Source: Bacteriovoracia bacterium (GTDB lineage: Bacteria > Bdellovibrionota > UBA1018 > CAIPTA01). Taken from it: 64,000 bases of DNA. The position numbers and the translations under genes were made by a program. Each line of letters starts with the position of its first letter. The first letter of the stretch is position 1. This document shows positions 35,321 through 43,875 of the stretch, piece by piece. The stretch is from positions 1 to 64,000 of the forward strand of contig JBFWVL010000003.1 of NCBI GenBank assembly GCA_050246755.1, given 5' to 3'. The notes under the pieces were generated by a model. The model did no database searches, was not told where the DNA came from, and saw only the letters and a list, made by a program, of their open reading frames with translations.

Positions 35321-37327
35321 ATGAGTCGCCTGAACTTTAAGCTAGAAAATACCGCGAAAGATTCCCGCGCCCGTGCCGGAAGATTCAAAACCCTGCATAA
35401 CGAAGTGCTGACTCCGCTCTTCATGCCGGTAGGCACCCATGCCACGGTGCGGGGCCAGCGTTTCGATTGCCTGCTCGAATCGGGCTCCCAGATTTTGCTC
35501 GCGAATACCTACCACCTGCTACTGCGTCCGGGCCCCAAGATCTTCGAAAAGCTCGGCGGCATCCACGGTTTCATGAAATGGCCTAAATCCGTGCTCACCG
35601 ATTCGGGTGGCTTCCAGATTTTTGCCATGCCCAACGACCGGCAGATGAGCGAAGAGGGCGCGCGCTTCCTTTCCTACGTAGACGGTAAACACATTTTACT
35701 TACTCCCGAACTCAGCATCTCGATGCAGCGCTCGATCGGCTCGGATATCATGATGGTGCTCGATCAGTGCGTCCCTTCCACTGTACCGCACAAAGATGCC
35801 GAGCACGCGATGGAGCTCTCCAACCGCTGGGCCCTGCGCAGCCTTGCGGCCCGCGAAGATTCCCCGCAGTCGATGTTCGCGATCGTGCAGGGCGCTTGCT
35901 ACGAAGACCTCCGCGTGCGCAGCGCGGGCTTTCTCTCGCAGCACCCCTTCGACGGTTTCGCGCTCGGCGGCCTGGCGGTGGGCGAATCCAAGAACGAACG
36001 GGAAGATACGGTGGAATTCGCGGCCGAGTTATTGCCGCGCCACACTCCGCGCTATTTGATGGGCGTGGGCACCCCGATCGATTTGCTCGAGGCCGTGCAC
36101 CGCGGGATCGATATGTTCGATTGCATCATTCCCACGGCCCACGCCGAGCAGGGCTGCGCCTATACCTGGCGCGGGAAAGTTTTGCTGCGCCGGGGAGTAT
36201 ATAAAGAAATCGACGCGCCGATCGATTCCACCTGCGCTTGCGCCACTTGCCGCACTTATTCGCGTGCCTACCTTCACCACCTCACCAAGACGGAAGAGCC
36301 ACTCGGGCGCCAGCTCATTGCTGCGCACAATATCCATTTCTACCATGATCTGATGCGCACGATGCGGGAACGCATTCTCGACAATACCTTCGTGGGATTC
36401 TATAAAAATGCCCGTGAGTTGCTGGCCGGATCCGACGAAGAATTTCCGATCAAGCGCGCGAAGCCCAAGAAAATAAAGTCCACCACGCTCGGCGAATATA
36501 CCCTGGAAAATTCGCCGCAAGGCTTCACCAGCATCAAGCACGTGAATTCCGGCGAAGTGATGCATTCCGTGATCCCGCCCGAGCAAGAGGCGCGTGAACT
36601 CTACGTGAATCAAAGCCGCCTCGCGAAGCGCCTGCAGGAGCCCGGCGAAATCGTGATCTGGGATATCGGTATGGGGGCCGCGGCTAACGCGATGGCCGCC
36701 ATCACCACCTTTGAGGAATTAGCCGAGGCGGGAAAAGTGCAAGCCTCACTCAAGATCATCAGCTTCGAACGCGATTTGGATTCGCTTCGTCTGGCGAATC
36801 TGCACCTGGATAAATTTCAGTACCTCCGGCACGGGGCGCCGAACGGCATCCTTCTGCAGGGAGAGTGGCGCGCGAAAAAGCATCCGGTCAGCTGGAAACT
36901 GCTCGAAGGCGATTTTTTCGCTCACTTCGGCCGCGCGGCGGCGCCGAATATTCTTTTCTTCGATCCATTTTCTTCCAAGACGAACCGAGATTTCTGGTGT
37001 GTGGAAACACTGGAAAAAATCTTCGCCCATATCGGAGATCAGGCGGCGGAGGTGTTCACCTACTCTTCGTCCACCTCGGTGCGCGCCGCTTTTCTCGCGG
37101 CCGGTTTCCACGTGGCCAAGGGAATACCTACCGGGCCTAAGGGCGAGACCACGATCGCCCTGAACCGCGCCGCATTGCCGGGAAGAAAAGACCAGCTGCT
37201 GGGCCGCGAATGGCTCGAGCGCTGGGAACGCAGCGATGCGCGCTGGCCGCTTTCGCTCGACGAAAAGAAGGAAGACAAAATGCTCGAGCGCGTGCGTTCT
37301 CATCCTCAATTTGCGGGCACGAAATGA
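35321..37327 (+). CDS. tgt: tRNA-guanine(34) transglycosylase fused to a C-terminal MnmC/MnmD-type SAM methyltransferase
   Basis: TGT: MPVGT, TDSGGFQ, LDQC, GGLAVGE, YLMGVG, CACATC...HN. Methyltransferase from about 36490: MHS, WDIGMGAAAN, FDPFSSKTN..FW, TYS. Confidence 0.92.
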   Translation: MSRLNFKLENTAKDSRARAGRFKTLHNEVLTPLFMPVGTHATVRGQRFDCLLESGSQILLANTYHLLLRPGPKIFEKLGGIHGFMKWPKSVLTDSGGFQIFAMPNDRQMSEEGARFLSYVDGKHILLTPELSISMQRSIGSDIMMVLDQCVPSTVPHKDAEHAMELSNRWALRSLAAREDSPQSMFAIVQGACYEDLRVRSAGFLSQHPFDGFALGGLAVGESKNEREDTVEFAAELLPRHTPRYLMGVGTPIDLLEAVHRGIDMFDCIIPTAHAEQGCAYTWRGKVLLRRGVYKEIDAPIDSTCACATCRTYSRAYLHHLTKTEEPLGRQLIAAHNIHFYHDLMRTMRERILDNTFVGFYKNARELLAGSDEEFPIKRAKPKKIKSTTLGEYTLENSPQGFTSIKHVNSGEVMHSVIPPEQEARELYVNQSRLAKRLQEPGEIVIWDIGMGAAANAMAAITTFEELAEAGKVQASLKIISFERDLDSLRLANLHLDKFQYLRHGAPNGILLQGEWRAKKHPVSWKLLEGDFFAHFGRAAAPNILFFDPFSSKTNRDFWCVETLEKIFAHIGDQAAEVFTYSSSTSVRAAFLAAGFHVAKGIPTGPKGETTIALNRAALPGRKDQLLGREWLERWERSDARWPLSLDEKKEDKMLERVRSHPQFAGTK

Positions 37328-38103
37328 TTTTTCTTCTGTTTTTCTCTTTGCAGGCTTTGGCCGGTCCGCTCACCGAAAAATGGTCGGCCACCGTTTCCGG
37401 ATCTCCCGTGGCGGCATTTTTCGATGCGGGGAGCGCGAGCGTGTTCGTGAGCGTGGCGGAAGGCCGGGATTCCCGAGTAGATAAATTCGATCTCAGCGGA
37501 AAATTGGTGAAACAGGAGATAGTTTCCGCGAAGGGGGCGGCCGGCCCCTTGCGGGCGCATTTCGGCAAGCTCTATTGGGTGGCAGGAGATACCCTCTGGC
37601 GTTTTGATCCGGAGGCGGGAAAAAAGGAAAAACTGGGCCAGTTCCCGGAGAGTCTCGGCAAGCCGGCCGATATCGCCGTAGCGAGGAACGGGAGCGTTTA
37701 CCTTGGCCTCAGCGGAGGAACCCTCTACGAGATCCACGCCGGAAACGGCAGCATAGTCTCCCAAGGCTCGCCGATCAGCGGCCTTTTCTTGCTGGATACC
37801 GCGCTCTATATTCTGCGTGAACGGAAGCTCGAGACCTACTCATTGGACGGCAAAAAGGTGGGATTTCAGCGGCCATTCTGCCAGGCCAAATGCAGCGGGC
37901 TGGAGAAAAGCTCGGGTGGTTCCTGGATCACTTCCGAGGGAATGTCGCTACGCGAGTTCTCCACGAATAGGAACCGTGTATTGCTTCAGATCAAAGAGGT
38001 TCCTGGGCGTTTTGCGTATGTCTACGACCGCGAACCGAGTCAAGATTTCTTAATAGTGCCGTTCCCTGCCGGAAAAATTCTTCGCGCGTACCGCTTTCGA
38101 TAA
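37324..38103 (+). CDS. Secreted beta-propeller-like hypothetical protein
   Basis: ATGA overlap with the tgt stop; signal peptide; repeated beta-strand pattern. Confidence 0.7.
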   Translation: MIFLLFFSLQALAGPLTEKWSATVSGSPVAAFFDAGSASVFVSVAEGRDSRVDKFDLSGKLVKQEIVSAKGAAGPLRAHFGKLYWVAGDTLWRFDPEAGKKEKLGQFPESLGKPADIAVARNGSVYLGLSGGTLYEIHAGNGSIVSQGSPISGLFLLDTALYILRERKLETYSLDGKKVGFQRPFCQAKCSGLEKSSGGSWITSEGMSLREFSTNRNRVLLQIKEVPGRFAYVYDREPSQDFLIVPFPAGKILRAYRFR

Positions 38104-38180
38104 AAAATTCTTACCCCACTCAATTCCCCCCTTTGTTTTCTTCTCGTTTTTGCCGAAATAACAGTATTCGGAGGTTCTCT

Positions 38181-38990
38181 ATGTTTCGCTTCCTCGCTTT
38201 ACTCGCCCTTATTCCTGCCGCTTACGCCAACGACCACGCGATCCAGTCCATGAGCGGCTGGGATGCTTTCTCGGCCCTGCAAAATGGAAATATGCGTTTC
38301 TACGAAGGTAAAGCTCTGCACCAACACCAAGACGCGGTCCGAAGAGACGAGTTGTTCACTGGCCAGAAGCCGCATACGATCGTGCTTTCCTGCAGCGATT
38401 CCCGAGTGGGACCCGAAGTGATTTTTGACCAGGGCCTCGGCGATCTCTTCGTGATTCGCGTGGCCGGAAACGTGGTGGGTGCGGAAGCCATCGCCAGCGT
38501 GGAATATGCCATCGAGCATCTAGGGGCTCGCCTCCTGCTCGTGATGGGCCACGAAAGCTGCGGAGCCGTGAAGGCGGCTATCAGCTCTAAGCCCGGAGTA
38601 TCGAATGGATCCGAGAGCCTCGATGTGCTCGTGGAGCATATTCGTGGCCACCTCACTTCTCTCTCGCTTACTTCCGCCGCTACGGATTCTAGTTTGCGCC
38701 AGCCAGTGAAAGAAAACGTTTCGGCCACGCTGAAAGAAATACTCCGCAAATCAGACATCGTAACGGAGGCCGTGCGAAAAAAAGGCCTCGTGCTGGCCCA
38801 AGGCGTTTATAGCCTCAAGACCGGCCGCGTAGAATTTTGGGATGTGGGCGTGAAGAACCAGATCGTGAGCGCAGTTGGATCCGCTATCGACGCGCCCAAA
38901 ATTCAGGAACAAAGCGTCCACGAAGAAATCATTCCCGACCAAGTGCCGCCTCCGGCGAAAAAGTTGAAGCTAAAAGCGACAGCGCCCTGA
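38181..38990 (+). CDS. Beta-class carbonic anhydrase with signal peptide
   Basis: CSDSRV, GDLFVIRVAGN, GHESCGAV; GGAGG RBS. Confidence 0.93.
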   Translation: MFRFLALLALIPAAYANDHAIQSMSGWDAFSALQNGNMRFYEGKALHQHQDAVRRDELFTGQKPHTIVLSCSDSRVGPEVIFDQGLGDLFVIRVAGNVVGAEAIASVEYAIEHLGARLLLVMGHESCGAVKAAISSKPGVSNGSESLDVLVEHIRGHLTSLSLTSAATDSSLRQPVKENVSATLKEILRKSDIVTEAVRKKGLVLAQGVYSLKTGRVEFWDVGVKNQIVSAVGSAIDAPKIQEQSVHEEIIPDQVPPPAKKLKLKATAP

Positions 38991-39011
38991 ATTTACGGTA
39001 GTCTCGGGCTT

Positions 39012-39374
39012 ATGCCGGGACTCTTTCATCGCGCCGAACACCTGCTCAAGCATCCCGAAGAGCTGCTCTCCATGCTCGGCGCTGCGGGCAAAAAGGCTTA
39101 CGCCAAACGCTCGGTGCTCGTGCATATCTTCGAAGAGCTGCTGCTGCTCTTTCGCTTCGTGAAATCCTGGGTTAGCGGCGAATACCGCGATGTGCCCACG
39201 CGCTCGGTGTTCTGGGCGGTACTGGCCATTCTCTATTTTCTGAGCCCGCTCGATCTGGTGCCCGATTTATTTCCCGGCGGTTACTTCGACGATATCGCCC
39301 TGATCACGTTCGTGCTGAAGAAGATCCGGGCCGACCTGGATACCTTTCGCTTATGGGAAAAGGATAAAAAATGA
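39012..39374 (+). CDS. YkvA/DUF1232 family protein
   Basis: YFLSPLDLVPD...GYFDD. Confidence 0.9.
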   Translation: MPGLFHRAEHLLKHPEELLSMLGAAGKKAYAKRSVLVHIFEELLLLFRFVKSWVSGEYRDVPTRSVFWAVLAILYFLSPLDLVPDLFPGGYFDDIALITFVLKKIRADLDTFRLWEKDKK

Positions 39375-39796
39375 GCAAGCAATGGTGGAGCGAGGGCATA
39401 CGTTTTGAGTGCCAGGGTTCAGGGAAATGCTGCGTCTCGCGGGGAGACTACGGGTACGTGTACGTGACCCTAAAAGACCGCCGCGCGCTCGCCAAGCATT
39501 TTGGTCTCTCCACCGCCGCGTTCACCAAAAAATATTGCGAAAAAGACGAAGGTATCTGGAAGCTGCGGGATTTCACGAAAGCCTGCGTTTTTCTCAAGGA
39601 GAAAATGTGCTCGGTATATGAGGCACGGCCCACGCAGTGCCGAACCTGGCCGTTCTGGCCGGAGAATATGAGCGCGAAGGCCTGGGACAAAGAAGTAACC
39701 TCCTTTTGCCCGGGAGTGAATAAGGGCAAGGTATGGTCGGCGGCGGAAATTAAAAAGAACCTAAACGCGCAAGAGCGCAGCGAAGAGCAATACTAA
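39371..39796 (+). CDS. YkgJ family Cys-cluster (CxxCxxCC-like) protein
   Basis: FECQGSGKCC, CVFL, CSVYEARPTQCRTWPFW. Confidence 0.9.
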   Translation: MSKQWWSEGIRFECQGSGKCCVSRGDYGYVYVTLKDRRALAKHFGLSTAAFTKKYCEKDEGIWKLRDFTKACVFLKEKMCSVYEARPTQCRTWPFWPENMSAKAWDKEVTSFCPGVNKGKVWSAAEIKKNLNAQERSEEQY

Positions 39797-40245
39797 TGGA
39801 ACCAATCAGTTTAAAGCCCGCCACTCCGGCCGATGAAGCAGCCGTGCTGGAAATGGCCACCGCATTTCACCTCGAGGATGGCCATCCCCTGAAGCCTTCT
39901 TCGCCCGATGCTATCCGCAGTTTACTGCGCGGAAGCGAGCTGGGCTCGATCTTCGTCATCCAGCGTCTCGGTGAGAGCATCGGCTACTGCGCGCTTTGTT
40001 TCACGATGAGCCTGGAGTTCGGCGGGCTCGTGGTGATTCTCGATGATTTCTTCGTGCAGCGATTGCACCGTGGGCAGGGGGCGGGGCGGGCGGCGCTCAA
40101 GCAGATCGAGCAAATCGCAAAAGATAAAAAAGCCGTGCAGCTTTTTCTCGAAGTGGAAAATACCAACGGCCGCGCACTGAATTTCTACGAGGGATTTGGA
40201 TTCAAACAGCGGCATCGCCGGATGATGGATAAGCGCTTTAGTTAA
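39796..40245 (+). CDS. GNAT family N-acetyltransferase
   Basis: HRGQGAG, N..ALNFYEGFGF. Confidence 0.9.
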   Translation: MEPISLKPATPADEAAVLEMATAFHLEDGHPLKPSSPDAIRSLLRGSELGSIFVIQRLGESIGYCALCFTMSLEFGGLVVILDDFFVQRLHRGQGAGRAALKQIEQIAKDKKAVQLFLEVENTNGRALNFYEGFGFKQRHRRMMDKRFS

Positions 40246-40600
40246 TTTCGCAGGTCATCACCGCATCCACCGGTAGAGCTCCGTCGAAAGAGAACTGCAC
40301 TTTCAGGGCGCCCTGATAATTTTTGTCGGGGGCCCAATAATCTGCGCCAGCTTTGATGCTCATGCCGCCGCTTTTGCCCGCGTACCGGATGGATTTTCCG
40401 GGAAGGATTTCTTCCTCTACGGTTTTCATTTTAGCCACTAAATCCAGGCCATCGCTCGTGACGTAGGCGAATTCCAAGTTGCCCACGATCTGGTTCTTCT
40501 CCACCTTACCGAGAAGCTGGTAGTAGCTGGAATCGTCGAAGGGGGCCAGGCACTTGAGTTCCGCGGCTTGTGCCATCACGGCGAATAGTAAAAACAGCAT
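40238..40600 (-). CDS. Small secreted beta-rich protein with terminal cysteines
   Basis: Signal peptide ending AQA; LKC...TCEIN; coupled to the srkA stop. Confidence 0.72.
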   Translation of the reverse strand: MLFLLFAVMAQAAELKCLAPFDDSSYYQLLGKVEKNQIVGNLEFAYVTSDGLDLVAKMKTVEEEILPGKSIRYAGKSGGMSIKAGADYWAPDKNYQGALKVQFSFDGALPVDAVMTCEIN

Positions 40601-41583
40601 CAGTATTCACTCCCGATTGCCTGCATCTCCTGCAGGGCCTGAATTTCTTCCTCCCAGTATCGCGGAGTTGCGAAGAGGGGGAAAGCTTTTTTGAAGGCGG
40701 GATCGTCCCAGCGGCGCGCGATCCAGGCCGAATAGTGGATCATGCGCAGGGCGCGGAGGGGCTCGATCAGGGAAAGGGTGGAGCGATCGAAAGGCCTAAA
40801 GGCTTCGTAGCCTTCGAGCAGGAAATCGCGGTCACGCTCGGCATCCTCGCCGCGCCCGCGCACCACCATCCAGATATCCTGCACGGCGGGCGCGGTCATG
40901 GCGTCGTCAAAATCGAGGAAGAAAGGGGAATCGAGCTGCCAGAGCGTATTGCCGAGGTGGCAGTCTCCGTGGAGAGCCAGCGCGGGCACTTCTTCTAGGG
41001 CGTCTTGGGCCTGGCCGATCAAATTCTCGCAGACCATCTCGAATCGTTTGCGGTATTCCTCGTTCACCAATCCCGAATCCAATAAATAATCCAACGGCTG
41101 CCAGCCCCAATTTTCGGCGTTCATGTGGAGGCGATGCCGGAACTCAAAACGTTCGCCCACGTTGTGGATGCGCCCGATATAGCGGCCGAGGGTTTTCAGG
41201 CGCTCGGGATCCAGTTCATCGAGGAGGCGGCCTTTTACCTTAGGAAAAATAGTGAACCACATTCCCTCTTCTGAGAGAAATAGACTCTCGTCGTCGAGAT
41301 TCCAGGGGGCCACCACCGGAATTTCGGCTTCTTCCAGCGCAAAAAGAAAGGCATGTTCTTCCCGTATCTGCTCGGGGGTCCAGCGGCCGGGGCGATAGAA
41401 TTTCGTCACGATATGGGAATTATCCTCGAGCTCAACGTCGTATACGCGGTTCTCCAAGCTGTTCAGGGCGAGGGCGCGGCCCGTAGCGCGCAGCCCGGGG
41501 TGTCGCCGTTGCACCACGGCTTCCACCGCATCGAGGATGGCTTCCGGGGTGAGGCGGAAAAAATCATTGAGGCTATTTTTCAT
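40600..41583 (-). CDS. srkA: Stress response Ser/Thr kinase SrkA (RdoA/YihE)
   Basis: LNSLENRVY, KFYRPGRW, EEH, HGDCHLGN, DFDD, RRWDDPAF. Confidence 0.93.
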   Translation of the reverse strand: MKNSLNDFFRLTPEAILDAVEAVVQRRHPGLRATGRALALNSLENRVYDVELEDNSHIVTKFYRPGRWTPEQIREEHAFLFALEEAEIPVVAPWNLDDESLFLSEEGMWFTIFPKVKGRLLDELDPERLKTLGRYIGRIHNVGERFEFRHRLHMNAENWGWQPLDYLLDSGLVNEEYRKRFEMVCENLIGQAQDALEEVPALALHGDCHLGNTLWQLDSPFFLDFDDAMTAPAVQDIWMVVRGRGEDAERDRDFLLEGYEAFRPFDRSTLSLIEPLRALRMIHYSAWIARRWDDPAFKKAFPLFATPRYWEEEIQALQEMQAIGSEY

Positions 41584-42407
41584 TTCAGTGCCTTCTCGAT
41601 CCGCGCCAAAAATCTCTCGCGGATGCCTTTGTGCTGGAAGAGGTCGGTATGGTAGCCGCCGTCGATTTTCCAGAATTCTTTAGGCTCGCCGGCTTCGGCA
41701 AAAAGCTCTTCTCCGCTCGCGAAGGGGACGATTTGGTCGATATCGCCATGAATCACCAGCAACGGGGTAGGGGCGATGCGCGCGATTTCTCCCCGCGGCG
41801 CATAGCCATCACTCAGCACTAGCCAGGGCATCCACTGGAAGGGCCAGGTGAACCAAAGGCCGGCAAGTTTTTTTCTCGCGATGCGTTTATAGGAAGAGAA
41901 AGTGGAGTCCACGATCACGAGTGGAATGGGATATTTTTCCTTGAGATCGATCATGTTTCGGAGAGCGATGATTCCACCCAGGCTTTGGCCGAAAACCACG
42001 ATCGGTAATTTAGGCTCGCGTGCATGAAGCCAGGCAAGAGCGGCGGCGCCGTCGCGCACGGTATTTTCGGGTGAAGGGGATCCCGTGGATTTTCCGTAGC
42101 CCTCGTAGTCGAAAATAAAGAAGTCGTAGGGAGAGTTCAGGATCCAGTGAAGGTAAGAAAACTGGCTGGAAATATTCTGGCCATTGCCGTGGTAAAAAAG
42201 AATCACCGCCCTAGTTTTCTTGCCGGTATTTTGGCGAAAGTACCACCCATGCAGCTTTTCCCCGCCTCCGGCGGTGAAGAAAATATCTTCCGGCGCCGGG
42301 TTCAGCTTCGCCGCGTCCACGTAGGTATTGCGATCTGGGTAATAAAATAACGAGCTGCATCCGCAGAGCGAGAAAATCAAAAGTCCGGAAATTAACAGCG
42401 CTCTCAT
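41580..42407 (-). CDS. Alpha/beta hydrolase lipoprotein (YfhR-like)
   Basis: Lipobox LCGC; HGNGQN, GQSLGG, IHGDID, C-terminal His. Confidence 0.9.
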   Translation of the reverse strand: MRALLISGLLIFSLCGCSSLFYYPDRNTYVDAAKLNPAPEDIFFTAGGGEKLHGWYFRQNTGKKTRAVILFYHGNGQNISSQFSYLHWILNSPYDFFIFDYEGYGKSTGSPSPENTVRDGAAALAWLHAREPKLPIVVFGQSLGGIIALRNMIDLKEKYPIPLVIVDSTFSSYKRIARKKLAGLWFTWPFQWMPWLVLSDGYAPRGEIARIAPTPLLVIHGDIDQIVPFASGEELFAEAGEPKEFWKIDGGYHTDLFQHKGIRERFLARIEKALK

Positions 42408-42421
42408 GCTAAGCTTTCCCC

Positions 42422-43807
42422 ATGGAAGACAAAGTATATGTGAACCGCACTTTGAACCTAAGAAAAATCCGTTACCTCGGATTTGATATGGATCATACCT
42501 TGGTGCGCTATAATAGCAGCGCCTTCGAGCAAACCACCCACGAGCTCGTGCTGGACCGAATGCTGGCCCGCGGCTATCCCGCCGACGTGAAAAAGCTCCC
42601 CTTCGATTACGATCTCGCCATCCGCGGCCTCGTGATCGACAAACAGAAGGGCAATTTGCTGAAAGTAAGCCGCCATGGCGGTATTCGTGCCGCCTACCAT
42701 GGCGTGAAGCCCGTGGATTTCGCCACGCAGAAAAAAGAATACGATTCCACCTATATCGACCTTCGCGATTCCTCGCGTTATTCCTCGATCGATACCGCTT
42801 TTTCGATTTCGCTCGCCAATCTTTTCATGCAGATCGTAGACCTGAAAGACAGCCAGCCCCAGCTCGAGCTTCCCGATTATGCCACCATGGCCGGGGATCT
42901 CATCGCCTCCGTGGATCTCGCCCACCGCGACGGCAGCCTCAAGAGCCGCGTGCGCGCCGATCTAGCACGCTATATCGTGAAGGACGAAAGCCTGGTGCGG
43001 GACCTCGAGCGCTACCGACGCCACGACAAAAAACTTTTCATCCTCACCAATTCCGATTTTCACTACACGAAGCTCCTGCTCGACTACGCGATCAATCCTT
43101 TTCTCAAAGAGCACAAAGACTGGAGCGAGCTCTTCGAGATCGTGATCACCGCCGCGCAGAAACCGAGGTTCTTCTTCGATAATCTGAAGTTCCTGAAAGT
43201 AAATCCCAGAGACGGTTCCATGACCAACGTGGACGGTAAGCTCGAGGCGGGTATTTACCAGGGGGGTTGCGCTTCCACATTCACGAACGACCTCGGCCTC
43301 GACGGGGACGATATTCTCTATATCGGCGATCATATTTACGGCGATATCCTTCGCTTAAAAAAGGACTGCAATTGGCGCACGGCCATGGTGGTGGAAGACC
43401 TAGAAGAAGAAGTGGAGCAGTACCGCGAGGTGGCTCCGATTCAGGAAAAAATAGAAGACCTGATGGAGCAGAAGGAGCCCTTCGAGCACGAGCAGGTGGA
43501 GTTGGTTTCCGAGCACGTGGAGAAGGGCGAGAGCCTGCGCGACGCGCGCGTGAAGGAGCTTCAGGAAAAAATCGCGGAACTGGACCGGCAGATCGGCGAA
43601 CTCATTCGCAAGCACCAATCTCACTTTAATAAGTATTGGGGTGAGGTGATGCGCGCCGGGAACGAAGAAAGTTACTTTGCGCACCAGACCGAGCGCTTTG
43701 CCTGCATCTATATGGCGAAACTCGGGGATCTTTTGGCTTATTCTCCGCGTACGTATTTCCGCGCTCCGCGCCGCCCGATGGCGCATGAGATTCAAGCGCG
43801 GGGCTAG
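42422..43807 (+). CDS. HAD-IG family 5'-nucleotidase (cN-II-like)
   Basis: GFDMDHTLVRY, LTNS, KPRFF, YIGDHIYGDI. Confidence 0.93.
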   Translation: MEDKVYVNRTLNLRKIRYLGFDMDHTLVRYNSSAFEQTTHELVLDRMLARGYPADVKKLPFDYDLAIRGLVIDKQKGNLLKVSRHGGIRAAYHGVKPVDFATQKKEYDSTYIDLRDSSRYSSIDTAFSISLANLFMQIVDLKDSQPQLELPDYATMAGDLIASVDLAHRDGSLKSRVRADLARYIVKDESLVRDLERYRRHDKKLFILTNSDFHYTKLLLDYAINPFLKEHKDWSELFEIVITAAQKPRFFFDNLKFLKVNPRDGSMTNVDGKLEAGIYQGGCASTFTNDLGLDGDDILYIGDHIYGDILRLKKDCNWRTAMVVEDLEEEVEQYREVAPIQEKIEDLMEQKEPFEHEQVELVSEHVEKGESLRDARVKELQEKIAELDRQIGELIRKHQSHFNKYWGEVMRAGNEESYFAHQTERFACIYMAKLGDLLAYSPRTYFRAPRRPMAHEIQARG

Positions 43808-43875
43808 CGAACACGGTAGCGTTAGCTTGTGCCTAACTAACTAAGCGAAAACCCGCTTTTTCCCGATACATAGCC

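Noticed and set aside
32081-43807. LOG and cN-II nucleotidase as part of the purine catabolic cluster
   Set aside because: They could feed purine bases metabolically but are unlinked housekeeping genes 20-30 kb away.
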